A stretch of 64,000 nucleotides of DNA from Pirellulales bacterium (GTDB taxonomy: Bacteria; Planctomycetota; Planctomycetia; Pirellulales; UBA1268): assembly GCA_044369655.1 (NCBI GenBank), contig JBILWX010000002.1, positions 8,047 through 72,046 of the forward strand, written 5' to 3'. Below are positions 23,480-33,964 of the stretch, piece by piece. The position numbers were made by a program, and so were the translations under genes. How positions within the stretch are numbered: the stretch's first letter is position 1; the number at the start of each line of letters is the position of its first letter. A model generated the notes under the pieces. That model was not told the origin of the DNA, did not search any database, and saw only the letters and a program-made list of their open reading frames with translations.

Positions 23480-26400
23480 TCATCCCGCCGCGGCTTCGGC
23501 GGCCTGTTTCAGGCCTTCGATGCCTCGTGGTGGCTTGTTGAGCCGTTTCTCGATCTCCTTGAGCATCTTGTCGACTTGTTTTCTCGTATCGGCCCCGCCC
23601 AAATCGGGATGCATTTTGTAGGTCAATTCAAGGTAGTCGAATGCCTTTTGCAGTTCCCGCTCCCGCTCCTGAGGCACGGCCTCAGCCTTATCCATGCGAC
23701 ACTTCACCGCATTCAAGCGGGCCATGAAAAACTTCCTGCGGGCCTCCAGCGACTTCTCGTCCGAGCCCGCAAACGCCTGCTGCTCCAGTCGATTGGAGAT
23801 CACGGCCCACCCCCAGCCCCAGATGTCTCCAGCCTCGCCCCGCCGCTTGTAGCCGCTGATGGCCTGGCCATACGTGGACGCCTGCTTGGCCTTGTCGGTC
23901 GTCTTGGTGGCCGCCTGCTGCAGCAGTTCCGCGGCTTGAATCTGGAAGTCGAGCGTATTTTGTCGCTTCTTATCGGACAGGATCCAGTCCATGTGCTTCT
24001 GCGCATCGTCCCATTTTTCCCGCTCCCGGTAGACGTTGGCCATCTTCAACCGGATGGAGGGCTCGAACTTGGCGATCTCGTCCCCCCCCTTGGCAAGCAT
24101 CGCCTCGTAGATGGCCGCCGCCCTGTCGAGATAGCGCTCCGCCTTGTCCTTCGGCACGGCCGACCCCGCCCCCTCGCCGGCCCCGAGGTTGAGATAGGTC
24201 GTGGCGGCCCACATCTGGGACGAGAGTTTTTCGTCCTTGGCCACGCCCTCCAAAAACTTCTCGAATCCCGTCAGGATGGCCGCCGACCGGGCCTGAGCCT
24301 GAGGCGTGCCGGCGTTCGGGCCAGAGGCGAGATTCGTAAGCTGTTCGTGCAGGTCGCGGCCCATCGCCTGGTACATCGACGTGAGCTTCGCGGAAGCGTC
24401 GGCCCCCGCGGCGCCGGCGAGCTCCTCCAGCTTCTTCATCGCCTGCTCGGCCTTCTCTCCCTGCTCGGTCTCGATGAAGTAGCGCAGGCCGGCCGTGGCC
24501 GTTGCCTGCGCGAGAGGGCCGTGCGTGAAGGCCTTGTCAGGCCCGTTCAGCACGGTCCACGGGCCATGGATGGGATGCTCCAGCAGGGCCGCCACCCGCT
24601 TGTCGTCGCCATCTTCCAACGCCATCTGCGAGCGGGCGAGCGCCCCCGCCACGCCGACGGATGTCGGGCCGGCGGCGGCAGCCATCGCAGCCAAGCCCTC
24701 GTCGAGCGCCTTGGCGGCCTGCGCCCGCCAACCGGCCAGCGTCGCCGCCGGCGGCCGCGCGGCCTCGTCCAGCCGCGACTTCTCCTGCACTTCCCGCCAG
24801 AGCGATCCCCCCGCCCGCAACAGGAGCTCCGCTCGGCGCGGCGACGACCCTGGCACCCCGTTCAAAATCTCGAGAATCCGCTCCGGCTCCCGGGCTTCCG
24901 TCGCGGCGGCGATCGCGATCACGGCCGCGTCGGCGGCCTCAGGCCGGTCCGGCCAGATCCTCATGATCACTTCGGCGATATCCACGCACTTCTCCTTGGC
25001 ATCATCCGCCCAGGCTGCCACGGTCTGCCGCTGCAGCTGCTGCCAACTGGCCATGGCAATCCGGGCCGCCTGCTGACTGCCCTTCGCGTTGGGATACCGC
25101 TCGATGAGGAAATCTCCGAGTGCCGCCGCGTTGTGGAACTGGAGATCCTCGTAGAACAGATAGGTCAGCAGATAGCGGGCCTGGTTCAGCCCGTCGACAT
25201 CGTCGGTACCCGCAAGCGGCATCGCCTTCCGCAGGCTGGCGATCGTCTTTCCCCGTTCCGCCGCGACCGCTTTTCTGGCAGCGTCGATGGCCGCCTGGTC
25301 CTTGGCCGCCTCTGCCTTCTTGAGTTCCGCCTGGCTGGCTTGCATCGCCGTCAGGGCCGCCCGCGCCGAATCCATGGCCGACTCGAAGGTGGCATCGGCA
25401 ACGTCGAGGTCAACCTGTTTGCCCAACTCCGCCAGCAGGCTCTTCGCCTCCGCGGCGAAATCCTTGTTGACCTTGGCCACCTCCATGGCGAGCCGCTTGG
25501 CATCCCGCAGCATCGGGGTCCGCTTCGATTTTTCATTCTCAGCGACCGCATCGGCCCGCCGCTTGAGCAGCACCGCCGCCCGATACTTCATGCCGAGCCA
25601 GTCGTTGTCGATCCGCTCGGGAGTCAGCGGGGCGAGCGAGAGCTTCTGCAGCCGCTCGTCGAACTCGTCGTATTTCTTGTCTTCCAGCCAGCATTCGAGG
25701 GATGAATTGATCGCCTTGGCACGCAGGCTCGGCACGATGCCCTCCCCGTCGAGCGCCCGGATGTCGGCCAACGCGGCGAGCGCCTCCTGCCGCTTCCCGA
25801 GCACGACGTAGTTCCGGCCCTCGTAATACCGGGCGAACAGACCGGCACCACGGGTGCGGTATTTATCGTAGAGCTGCTTGTAGCGCGACGCAGAATCCAG
25901 AAGAGCCTTTTTCCACTCCTCGGAATTTGGCTCCAGGGCCCGCGACTTTTCGTAGAAGGCTCCGGCGATTAGCAGCCGCGTCTTCAGGAGCAAGGCCCGC
26001 AGGTCCTCCTGCTGCTCCTCCAGTTCGCCGATCCGCCGCGTTGACCCGGGCTTCCGGGTGGCTTTCTTCGGCCTTGGTTTCGCCGCCGGCTTCCCACCCT
26101 CCTTGGCCCCTTCCTGATCGGCGTCAGCCTTGTCCCCGCTGCCCTCGCCGCGGAGATCCTTCAACTCGTCATCCACATTCCGCAGCAGCTTGAGCACGGC
26201 GTCCTCGGCGTTGGCCACGGCTTCGATCGGGGTTTTTTCCTTCCGGTTCGGGTCCGTCAACGTCTTGATCGCGGCATCGAAGAAGGGCAGTGCCTCGGCC
26301 CGCAGTTTCTTGGCATCCTCTCCCGGCCGTTTCGACGCCTCGATCTTCGCCCGGCCTCGCTCGATGAGCAGATTGCCCTTCTGCAGATAGGCCTGAATGG

Positions 26401-26767
26401 CCCGCTCTGCTTCCGGATCGTCTTTCAGGAAGGCGTCGATCTCTCGCGTCGCCCGGTCGTAGATCTCGGCCCGCCGGGCGGCATTCGACTCCGAACGGCT
26501 TGCCGCCACGAGTGCCGTCGCCCGGCGGAATGGCACTTCCTTCTTCAGGGCCGGGGCGGCATCGGGATCTCCATCCACCCGGTCGAGCACCCAGAGCACG
26601 ACGTCGGGCATCTGGCGATCCTCGAGCACATCGAGCAGCTTCGCCGTGGTGATGTCTTTTGCATTCCGCTGCGGCGGATCGGCGGCCAGACCGAGGCCCA
26701 TACCGCCACCGCAGACCAGTGCGCCAACCAGAATGGGAAACCTGCGGCGTTGAACGTGCATGAGCAT
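23480..26767 (-). CDS. Large (~1100 aa) exported alpha-helical/TPR-like protein
   Basis: Signal-like N-terminus and repeated helical motifs (ARYLLTYLFY, LIERYPN, LKMANVYRE). Strong coding bias. Start at 26767 or 26761 (ORF extends to 26920). Confidence 0.8.
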   Translation of the reverse strand: MLMHVQRRRFPILVGALVCGGGMGLGLAADPPQRNAKDITTAKLLDVLEDRQMPDVVLWVLDRVDGDPDAAPALKKEVPFRRATALVAASRSESNAARRAEIYDRATREIDAFLKDDPEAERAIQAYLQKGNLLIERGRAKIEASKRPGEDAKKLRAEALPFFDAAIKTLTDPNRKEKTPIEAVANAEDAVLKLLRNVDDELKDLRGEGSGDKADADQEGAKEGGKPAAKPRPKKATRKPGSTRRIGELEEQQEDLRALLLKTRLLIAGAFYEKSRALEPNSEEWKKALLDSASRYKQLYDKYRTRGAGLFARYYEGRNYVVLGKRQEALAALADIRALDGEGIVPSLRAKAINSSLECWLEDKKYDEFDERLQKLSLAPLTPERIDNDWLGMKYRAAVLLKRRADAVAENEKSKRTPMLRDAKRLAMEVAKVNKDFAAEAKSLLAELGKQVDLDVADATFESAMDSARAALTAMQASQAELKKAEAAKDQAAIDAARKAVAAERGKTIASLRKAMPLAGTDDVDGLNQARYLLTYLFYEDLQFHNAAALGDFLIERYPNAKGSQQAARIAMASWQQLQRQTVAAWADDAKEKCVDIAEVIMRIWPDRPEAADAAVIAIAAATEAREPERILEILNGVPGSSPRRAELLLRAGGSLWREVQEKSRLDEAARPPAATLAGWRAQAAKALDEGLAAMAAAAGPTSVGVAGALARSQMALEDGDDKRVAALLEHPIHGPWTVLNGPDKAFTHGPLAQATATAGLRYFIETEQGEKAEQAMKKLEELAGAAGADASAKLTSMYQAMGRDLHEQLTNLASGPNAGTPQAQARSAAILTGFEKFLEGVAKDEKLSSQMWAATTYLNLGAGEGAGSAVPKDKAERYLDRAAAIYEAMLAKGGDEIAKFEPSIRLKMANVYREREKWDDAQKHMDWILSDKKRQNTLDFQIQAAELLQQAATKTTDKAKQASTYGQAISGYKRRGEAGDIWGWGWAVISNRLEQQAFAGSDEKSLEARRKFFMARLNAVKCRMDKAEAVPQERERELQKAFDYLELTYKMHPDLGGADTRKQVDKMLKEIEKRLNKPPRGIEGLKQAAEAAAG

Positions 26768-26959
26768 GATGAAGGCAGCACCGAGGAGGGCAGGGCAGGG
26801 GCGACGATCGGCATCCGGCCAGAGGCTCCAGCACGGCCACAGGTCCGTCGGCAGGAGGGGACCGCCGCCAACATTGTGGACCGGCAACGGCATTCTGGGA
26901 AGACGAACCACTGCCGTCAAACCGGCTGGCCGGGAGGCCCCGGAGCCCGCCAGTCTCGG

Positions 26960-29389
26960 TCAACGCGTGCGGTCAAAAAACACGCCGCGGTACTCAAGGC
27001 AATCGATCAGCAACCGTCCCTCTGGTGTCACGTCCCCACGAGCCTGCCACCGCGCAGCCAGCGTGGCGATTCCGGCCGTTGGCTGCCGCCACGGCTCAGC
27101 ATGGACGGAAGCCGCCGCAAGTTCGCCGAGTGCCACGGCCAGCAGCAGTTCGCACCCATGCGGCGAGGGCAGTCCGGGACCAAGGTCAGCCGTCGCCGAG
27201 CCGCCCGCTCCCGGCACCGCCGCATTCCCATCGGCCCACACCGCCCGTGCCCGCTGTTCCAGATCCTGTGCCCGATCCTGGCCACCCGTGCCATTCCGAC
27301 CAGCCACGCCGCTACGGTCGCATGCGGGAGTCCACGCCACGGTTGCCGCGACCAGGCCTGTCGAGGCCCCGGCCCCGGTCGAGGTGCTGGCCGAGGACCT
27401 GGTCGAGGCCGCAGTTGCTCCGTCCCGCCGACGCACCACCTCATAGACGACTCGCACACTTTCACCGGCGTGAAGGTCGATCGGTCGCGGACTGTCGGTA
27501 GCCAGCGCGTCTGCGACGGTCTGCCGGTGACCGACGATGCGATACGCCCCGACACGCGCGGGATCAAACGCCACCTCGAGTCGACAGCCGGTGGCCACGA
27601 GCGTCGGACGGCCGAAGGTTCGCATGACCATGGCTCGTCCGATCGCGATCGCATCGGCGGCGGTTCGCCCCATTCCCATCTCATTCGCCTCCCGGTCGCC
27701 ACCGGCCGCATGCAGCGGTTCCTGCGGATCGACCAGCACGAAAGCAACCGGATGAGCCTCCTGCGGCAAAGGATTGGAATTCCGGTCGGCCAGCCACGCC
27801 GAGAGTGCGGCACGCCCTTCCTCACGGCACTGCTCCAGCGAACCGGCATGCGCCACCGCCACGACCCGATCCGGCCTGCCTTCACGTCGGCCGACCGCGG
27901 CCGCGAGCCGCAAGGCCGCATCAAAATCGGCCGCCTTCGCCTCCGACTCCCGCAGGAGTTCCGGCAGCAAGCCGGCGAGTTGCACCGCATCGGCCCGCAG
28001 GGCCACGAGCCGCGGCCGCTCGCCACAGACGATCAGTGAAAGACGATCTGCCGGCCGCATCTGACTGATCACGCGGCCCAACCCCCGACAGAGCCACTGC
28101 CAGGAGAGCGCCGCGAACGGACCGGCGGATTGGTCGAGCAGCAGCATGGCATCGAGCGGCTTCTCCGCGACCGATTCGCCGGCGAGGCCTGCCAGCGGCG
28201 GAGCGGTGGCACAGACCTCCACGAGCAGGCTCCCGGGCGCCGCCCGCAACGAACGCACGGCATGGATCGACAGGCCGATGCCTGGCCCCTCCCATGCGTC
28301 GGCTGCGGTCCCCGCCGGCAGCGCGGCGAGGATGTCCTCCCCCCGCACGCCCGACAGCGTGGCCCGGCTCGTGCGCCGGCCCGTCGTCCGACCGCCATCG
28401 CGCCGGGCAGCATCGCAGAGCATGTCAAACGAATCCGTACGGAGGGAGAGCGGCGGATGATCGGTCGCGAGCGTCGAGGATGCCGCAGGATCGACGAAGG
28501 GCGACTCTCCATGCGCCATTTCGAAGGCGATGTCGAAGCCCGGCACCCGCGGCACCCGCCTGCCGGCCGTTGGCAGACGCACCGTGCGGATTCCACCAGC
28601 CCCACTCCGGCCCGCATCGATCGCCGGAGCGAACACCGGGGCAGCCCGCACCTCGACTCCCGCCTCCACAGCCTCGGCAGACGGGGGGACGGCAGCAGCA
28701 TGGATCGCCAGACGCGATGCCCCAGCCGCCGCCTCAGGATCCGGGCCTGGTTGCGACCTTCCTGGTGTCGGGAGGCCGCGGTCGCCGCCGACTGCCGACG
28801 CATCGGCCTGACCGGTTGGCCGCGCCAGCCGGTTGCCGCTCGGCGTGTCCGCCGCGGTCGCTAGACTCGCGGGGGCGACCGCGGAGGACGAGTCCGCCGA
28901 CGGTGCGGCGCGAACCGCCACGCGGTTCCGGACATCCACGGGTGTTGCCAGACGGCGCGAGAGTTCCGTGCCGGCAAAAAACATCGCCGCCACGATCGAG
29001 AGGGCCGCCGCCACGGCGGCACCGTCCGCCAACAGATCCCCGGACGCCAGCCAGCTCAGCATCCGGCCGGCAGACCATACCGCCCGGCCGCCCCGACCCG
29101 CGGAGGACGCGGCTTGTCGAGCCCCTTGCAGACCAGCCTCGAGCGGCACCGCCCCCCCGCGCGGCGTCGCTGCGCGGACGCACCGCACGCGGTCCTCGAT
29201 TCCGGCCGGCATGTCGACACGGACGAGCAGTTTGTCGAGCGCCGCATCGTCGAACAGCGCGGCCGTCACCATGTGGTTGGCGATACCTGCGGGAACAGGA
29301 ACGTCGCGCAGACGGGCATCCAGCGGGTGGTCGTCGTGATGGGTCATCGGTTGGTCATGCCTGCAGGCGCAACGGCGTCTGACGTTCAC
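26960..29389 (-). CDS. Membrane-anchored anti-sigma-like protein with degenerate vWA/YfbK-like C-terminus
   Basis: N-terminal LDARLRDVPVP anti-sigma-like segment, a TM helix, LLLDQSAG (MIDAS-like), YRIVGH and DLHAGESVRVVYEV. GTGA overlap with the sigma gene. Confidence 0.7.
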   Translation of the reverse strand: MNVRRRCACRHDQPMTHHDDHPLDARLRDVPVPAGIANHMVTAALFDDAALDKLLVRVDMPAGIEDRVRCVRAATPRGGAVPLEAGLQGARQAASSAGRGGRAVWSAGRMLSWLASGDLLADGAAVAAALSIVAAMFFAGTELSRRLATPVDVRNRVAVRAAPSADSSSAVAPASLATAADTPSGNRLARPTGQADASAVGGDRGLPTPGRSQPGPDPEAAAGASRLAIHAAAVPPSAEAVEAGVEVRAAPVFAPAIDAGRSGAGGIRTVRLPTAGRRVPRVPGFDIAFEMAHGESPFVDPAASSTLATDHPPLSLRTDSFDMLCDAARRDGGRTTGRRTSRATLSGVRGEDILAALPAGTAADAWEGPGIGLSIHAVRSLRAAPGSLLVEVCATAPPLAGLAGESVAEKPLDAMLLLDQSAGPFAALSWQWLCRGLGRVISQMRPADRLSLIVCGERPRLVALRADAVQLAGLLPELLRESEAKAADFDAALRLAAAVGRREGRPDRVVAVAHAGSLEQCREEGRAALSAWLADRNSNPLPQEAHPVAFVLVDPQEPLHAAGGDREANEMGMGRTAADAIAIGRAMVMRTFGRPTLVATGCRLEVAFDPARVGAYRIVGHRQTVADALATDSPRPIDLHAGESVRVVYEVVRRRDGATAASTRSSASTSTGAGASTGLVAATVAWTPACDRSGVAGRNGTGGQDRAQDLEQRARAVWADGNAAVPGAGGSATADLGPGLPSPHGCELLLAVALGELAAASVHAEPWRQPTAGIATLAARWQARGDVTPEGRLLIDCLEYRGVFFDRTR

Positions 29390-29913
29390 TGCGGGGCCGG
29401 TGCGGACGTCGGCACCTCGAGGAGATACTGCCGCAATCGGCTGCGGGCTCTGCTGACACGGGATAACACGGTGCCCAGCGGGATGCCCTGCACGTCGGCC
29501 GCCTCCTGGTGGGTGAGTTCGCCGACGACCACCAGCAGCAACGTCTCGCGGAGTTCGGGCGGAAGCCTGCCGAGGGCCCGTTGCATCGCGGACGACAACT
29601 CATCGGCGAACGGGTCCCGCCCCGGGGCCGCTTGGGCATCTGCGGGGTCTCCGTTGCCGCCCGACACCCGCGTATCCGACCGCCGCCAGTGATCCGCGGC
29701 CCGCCGCCGCAGGATGCCCAACAACCAGGCCCGTTCGCTGCGCGACCGATCGAACAGATGGCGGCTCGTCCAGGCCGAACGAAAGGCATCCTGCACGATG
29801 TCTTCGGCATCGTGCGGGTTGCCGAGCAGCCGGAAAGCCACCCGATAGAGCACCTCCACATGATCGCTCACCCATCGGTCGAACTGGTCGCTGGATGCAG
29901 GAGCTTCGGCCAT
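29386..29913 (-). CDS. ECF RNA polymerase sigma-70 factor
   Basis: DAEDIVQDAF, AWLLGILR and THQEAADVQGIPLGTVLSRVSRAR. Start set at ATG 29913. Confidence 0.93.
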   Translation of the reverse strand: MAEAPASSDQFDRWVSDHVEVLYRVAFRLLGNPHDAEDIVQDAFRSAWTSRHLFDRSRSERAWLLGILRRRAADHWRRSDTRVSGGNGDPADAQAAPGRDPFADELSSAMQRALGRLPPELRETLLLVVVGELTHQEAADVQGIPLGTVLSRVSRARSRLRQYLLEVPTSAPAPQ

Positions 29914-30043
29914 CGGGGGATTCGGCCTCACGAACTCGGGCCCCAAAACGGCCCTCGACTCCACCCTGGCAAACGTGCCGAGGCGGCCGACTCCTGCATC
30001 TCCCAGTCCATTCACAAAGTCCATTCGCACCGACAGCCGGAAA

Positions 30044-31702
30044 TTATTTCCCGGTCGAGCGACGGCCCGCTGCGGTGGAGGTGGCCAGCCAGAAGGGAAG
30101 TTGGCCGGCGGGCGGCAGCTTGACCACCCGGGCCGACTTGACACCCGGGCAGGCCAGAACAGCCGCCACGGCCTCCGCAGAGGGCTCCTGATCCAAATTC
30201 AACACGCCAATCGCGTCGCCCCCGGGAGCCGAACGGCCAACGGTCATCTGGGCGATGTTCACGCCGAGCCCCCCGAAGGCGTTGCCCACGCGACCGATGA
30301 TGCCGGGCACATCCTGGTGGGTGAAGACGAGCAGCACGCCATCGAGATAGGCCTCCAGCCGGTGCCCTTCCAACTGCACCAGCCGCGGCATCGAGTGACC
30401 GAAGAGCGTGCCGGCCGCCCTGTGCACATGGTCGCCGGAGACCAGGTCCACCGCCACGACCGAACTGAACGCCCCCGGGTCGGTGCGGCTCTGCTCGACC
30501 AGTTCGATCCCCCGGTCCCGCAGCAACACCTCGGAATTGACGATATTGACATCCTCGAGCGCCGACTCGAGCAGCCCCGCCGCGAAGGCAGCCGTGACGA
30601 GCCGCGTATTCCGCGAGGCGATCTCGCCCCGATAGGCGATCGAACAGGACCGCGGCGGGCCGTCTTCGAGCTGCGACAAGAGCACGCCCAACCGCCAGGC
30701 AAGGTCGAGAAATCCGCGCACCCCCTCGAGCGACGCCGGGTCGATCGGGCTGGAATTGACCGAATGGCGGATCGCCCCGGTGGAGAGGAAGTCCACGAGC
30801 AGCCCCACGCCCTCCACGGCCACTTGCGACTGCGCCTCCTCGGTGCTCGCGCCCAGATGGGGCGTCACGAGCACCCCCGGCAGCCCGAAGAGTGGGCTCT
30901 CCGTGCACGGCTCCTGCTCGAAGACGTCGAGGGCCACGCCGCCGATCACGCCGCGAGTGAGCCCCTCCACCAACGCCTTTTCGTCGTAGATGCCGCCGCG
31001 GGCACAGTTCACGAGCCGCACGCCGGGCTTCAGGATGGCCAGTTCGTCCATGCCGACGAGGTAGCGCGTTTCGTTGGTCAGCGGCGTGTGCACGGTCAGG
31101 TAATCGACCTGCGGCAACATGCCGCGCACGGTGTCGACCAGTTCGATGCCCATGTCGGCGGCGCGTTCGGGAGACAAGAACGGGTCGAAGCCCAGCACCC
31201 GCATGTCGAACGACAGGGCACGCTTCGCGACCGCCTGTCCGATCCGGCCCAAGCCCACGATGCCCAGCGTCTTGCCCGCCAACTGGACCCCCATGAACTT
31301 GTTGCGATCCCACCGATGGGCGCGGAGGCTGGCGTCGGCCGCGGCCACATTGCGGGAGAGGGCGAGAATCAAGGCGAACGTGTGCTCGGCCGTGCTGACG
31401 GTGTTGCCGGCCGGCGTGTTCATCACCACGATACCCTGCCGCGTGGCCGCTTCCTTGTCGATGTTGTCGGTGCCGACGCCCGCCCGCACGATCGCTTTCA
31501 GGCGATGGTTGCCGGCGAGCGAATCGGCCGTGATCTTCACGCCACTGCGGCAGATCGCGCCGTCGTGGCGGGCAAGCGCTTCCCGGAGCGCCGCGCCCGA
31601 GAGCCCGGTGGCCACTTCGTAGGTGACCCCCACGTCCGCCGCCGCATCGAGGAGCGCGAGACCGTCAGGACTGAGCGTGTCGAGCACGATGATCGAGGGC
31701 AT
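30044..31702 (-). CDS. serA: D-3-phosphoglycerate dehydrogenase (ASB + ACT domains)
   Basis: RAGVGTDNID, GLGRIG, VNCARGG, TPHLGASTEEAQ and C-terminal DVPGIIG ACT domain. Start ATG 31702. Confidence 0.96.
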   Translation of the reverse strand: MPSIIVLDTLSPDGLALLDAAADVGVTYEVATGLSGAALREALARHDGAICRSGVKITADSLAGNHRLKAIVRAGVGTDNIDKEAATRQGIVVMNTPAGNTVSTAEHTFALILALSRNVAAADASLRAHRWDRNKFMGVQLAGKTLGIVGLGRIGQAVAKRALSFDMRVLGFDPFLSPERAADMGIELVDTVRGMLPQVDYLTVHTPLTNETRYLVGMDELAILKPGVRLVNCARGGIYDEKALVEGLTRGVIGGVALDVFEQEPCTESPLFGLPGVLVTPHLGASTEEAQSQVAVEGVGLLVDFLSTGAIRHSVNSSPIDPASLEGVRGFLDLAWRLGVLLSQLEDGPPRSCSIAYRGEIASRNTRLVTAAFAAGLLESALEDVNIVNSEVLLRDRGIELVEQSRTDPGAFSSVVAVDLVSGDHVHRAAGTLFGHSMPRLVQLEGHRLEAYLDGVLLVFTHQDVPGIIGRVGNAFGGLGVNIAQMTVGRSAPGGDAIGVLNLDQEPSAEAVAAVLACPGVKSARVVKLPPAGQLPFWLATSTAAGRRSTGK

Positions 31703-31748
31703 GGATGTGTTTTCCGCAGGGGTCAGGGATGAATTGTTCCAGGCACGA

Positions 31749-32885
31749 CTAGCTGCGCTGACTGCGTCGGAATTCCAGCATATAGTCCCGCAACGCTTCC
31801 ACGCCGGCCAGCGGCATCGCATTGTAGATGCTCGCCCGGATACCCCCCACGGAACGGTGTCCCTTGAGGTCGACCAGCCGCCGTTCGGTGGCGCCCTTGA
31901 TGAACGCCTTCTCGACCGATTCATCGGGCAGACGGAACGTCACGTTCATGTCGGAGCGGCACTCCGGACGGGCATGGCCGGCATAGAAGCCGCCGGAGCC
32001 GTCGAGTGCGTCGTAGAGCAACTTCGCCTTCGCGACGTTGTGGCGGTTCATGGCGGCCAGTCCGCCCACGGTCTCCTGGAGCCAGCGGCAGACCAACCCC
32101 AGCACGTACACCGCGAAGACGGGCGGCGTGTTCGGACGGGAGCCATTCTTCGCGTAGGTCCGGTAGTCGAGCATCGTGGGCAGGTCGTCGCTAGAACGCT
32201 CGAGCAGATCCTTGCGAATGATGACGACGGTCACGCCGGCGATCCCCGCGTTCTTCTGCGCACAGGCGTAGATCAACCCGTATTTCGCCACGTCGATCGG
32301 CCGCGACATGAAGTCGCTGGAACAATCGCACACGAGCGGTGCCCCGCCCACGTCGGGGTCGTGCTTCCATTGCACCCCCTGGATGGTCTCGTTGCTCGTG
32401 ACATGCACATACTCGGGATGGTCGGAAAGCCGGAACTCCCCGGCGGCGGGAAGCCGGTCGTACCCCGTACCGCCACCATCCCAGGCCACGTGTACCTTGC
32501 CCTCTCGACGTGCTTCCTTGGCGCCCGTCTGGCCCCACGTGCCGGTGAGGACGTAGTCGGCAGCCCCGTGACGGCCACGCAGCAGGTTCATCGGAACCAT
32601 GGAAAACTGGAGGCTCGCGCCGCCTTGGAGGAGCAACACCTCGTAGTCGGCACCGATTCCGAGCAACTGCCGCAATCCCTGCAGCGTTTCCTCGAGAATC
32701 CGGTCGAATGCCGGACTGCGATGGCTGATCTCGAGCACCGAGATGCCGACCCCGGGAAGGGCGAGCATTTCCTCGCGAGCCCGCTCCAAAACCTCCAGCG
32801 GCAGCACCGCAGGACCGGGCGAAAAATTGTAGACACGATCGGTCGCCGACCCGACGCTGCGGTCCGTCACTGGCTCATTCTCCAT
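31749..32885 (-). CDS. serC: Phosphoserine aminotransferase
   Basis: YNFSPGPAVLP, SHRS, GGASLQF, ACAQKNAG and GHRSVGGIRASIYNA. Confidence 0.96.
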   Translation of the reverse strand: MENEPVTDRSVGSATDRVYNFSPGPAVLPLEVLERAREEMLALPGVGISVLEISHRSPAFDRILEETLQGLRQLLGIGADYEVLLLQGGASLQFSMVPMNLLRGRHGAADYVLTGTWGQTGAKEARREGKVHVAWDGGGTGYDRLPAAGEFRLSDHPEYVHVTSNETIQGVQWKHDPDVGGAPLVCDCSSDFMSRPIDVAKYGLIYACAQKNAGIAGVTVVIIRKDLLERSSDDLPTMLDYRTYAKNGSRPNTPPVFAVYVLGLVCRWLQETVGGLAAMNRHNVAKAKLLYDALDGSGGFYAGHARPECRSDMNVTFRLPDESVEKAFIKGATERRLVDLKGHRSVGGIRASIYNAMPLAGVEALRDYMLEFRRSQRS

Positions 32886-33045
32886 CCCGGCCTGCCCGCA
32901 CCTCGCCCTGCCTGCGTCCCCCGTTCGCGTCTGGAACGCCAAGGCGTTCGTCCGTGAACGGGAGACCGGGGGATACGGAGGGTCGGCACCGTGGGCCGGG
33001 GAGCCGGGGGCCGAACGGGCAGGATAGAAGCCTCCCGCGGCATGG

Positions 33046-33837
33046 TCAACGGGATGCGTTTCCCGGCGGTGTGGGAGCGGCGTAGACGGCGGGCGAAAGC
33101 GTGGCGGCAGCGGCCGGCATCGCCGCGAGCCGGGAGGTGCCGGCCTGGGATGCCGAGAGCGATGCCGCCCGTGCCGCCACCGTCGGCTGGCGGGGATCGA
33201 TGGCGAGGGCGCGGCTGTAGTTGGAGAGCGCCTGAGCAGCCTGCCCCTCCGCCTCCCGGATCTGCCCCAGTGCGACGAGAGCACGCGGATTGTTGGGGTC
33301 GATAGCCAGGCTGTCGATGAGGTGATTTTCAGCCTCCCGCAGATCGCCATGCTCCTGGCACAGGCGGGCCATTTCGATCTGGGGATTCGCATTGCCGGGC
33401 TGACGCTGGGCCCACTGCTGCAACTGGGCCATGGCCTCATCGCGGCGGTTCTCCTCGACGAGGAGCACAGCCAGCCCCCGCTGGCAGGCGTCATGATTCG
33501 GATTGCGGGCCAGGCAGAGGTGGTAGTACTGCTCGGCGGTCTGGAGGTCTGCGGGGCGGCCGAAGAGTTTGGCCTGCTGGTGGTAGGTGGCCCCGAGGTT
33601 GTAGAAGCAATCAGCGTTGCCCGGCTGCCTGGCCAGCGCCTGCTGGAAATGATTCACCGCGCCCAGGTAGTTGCCCTGCTGATACAGCTTCACGCCGGCG
33701 GCGTTGTCGTTCGTCGCGATCCCGCCACATCCACAGGCCGCGAGAGCGGCCAACGTCAGCCAGCCCCAGCCGACCGGACGGGCGGCGGCCATCCGTGGCG
33801 GAATCGTGCTGATGATGGGGAGGTCAGGCGTTGGCAT
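33046..33837 (-). CDS. TPR-containing putative lipoprotein
   Basis: Lipobox-like LAACGC and tandem TPRs (YNLGATY, ALVALGQI). Confidence 0.85.
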   Translation of the reverse strand: MPTPDLPIISTIPPRMAAARPVGWGWLTLAALAACGCGGIATNDNAAGVKLYQQGNYLGAVNHFQQALARQPGNADCFYNLGATYHQQAKLFGRPADLQTAEQYYHLCLARNPNHDACQRGLAVLLVEENRRDEAMAQLQQWAQRQPGNANPQIEMARLCQEHGDLREAENHLIDSLAIDPNNPRALVALGQIREAEGQAAQALSNYSRALAIDPRQPTVAARAASLSASQAGTSRLAAMPAAAATLSPAVYAAPTPPGNASR

Positions 33838-33964
33838 GGTCGCCCTCCAGGCCCGCCGCCCAGCCGGACGATCCGGCGGAGGGAAACGGAAGGGGGAGGG
33901 ACCGTAGCCGCGGCGCCACCGGGAAACAACCCCAGCCTCCCCCTCGGAAGGGGCCGGCCGGCTG

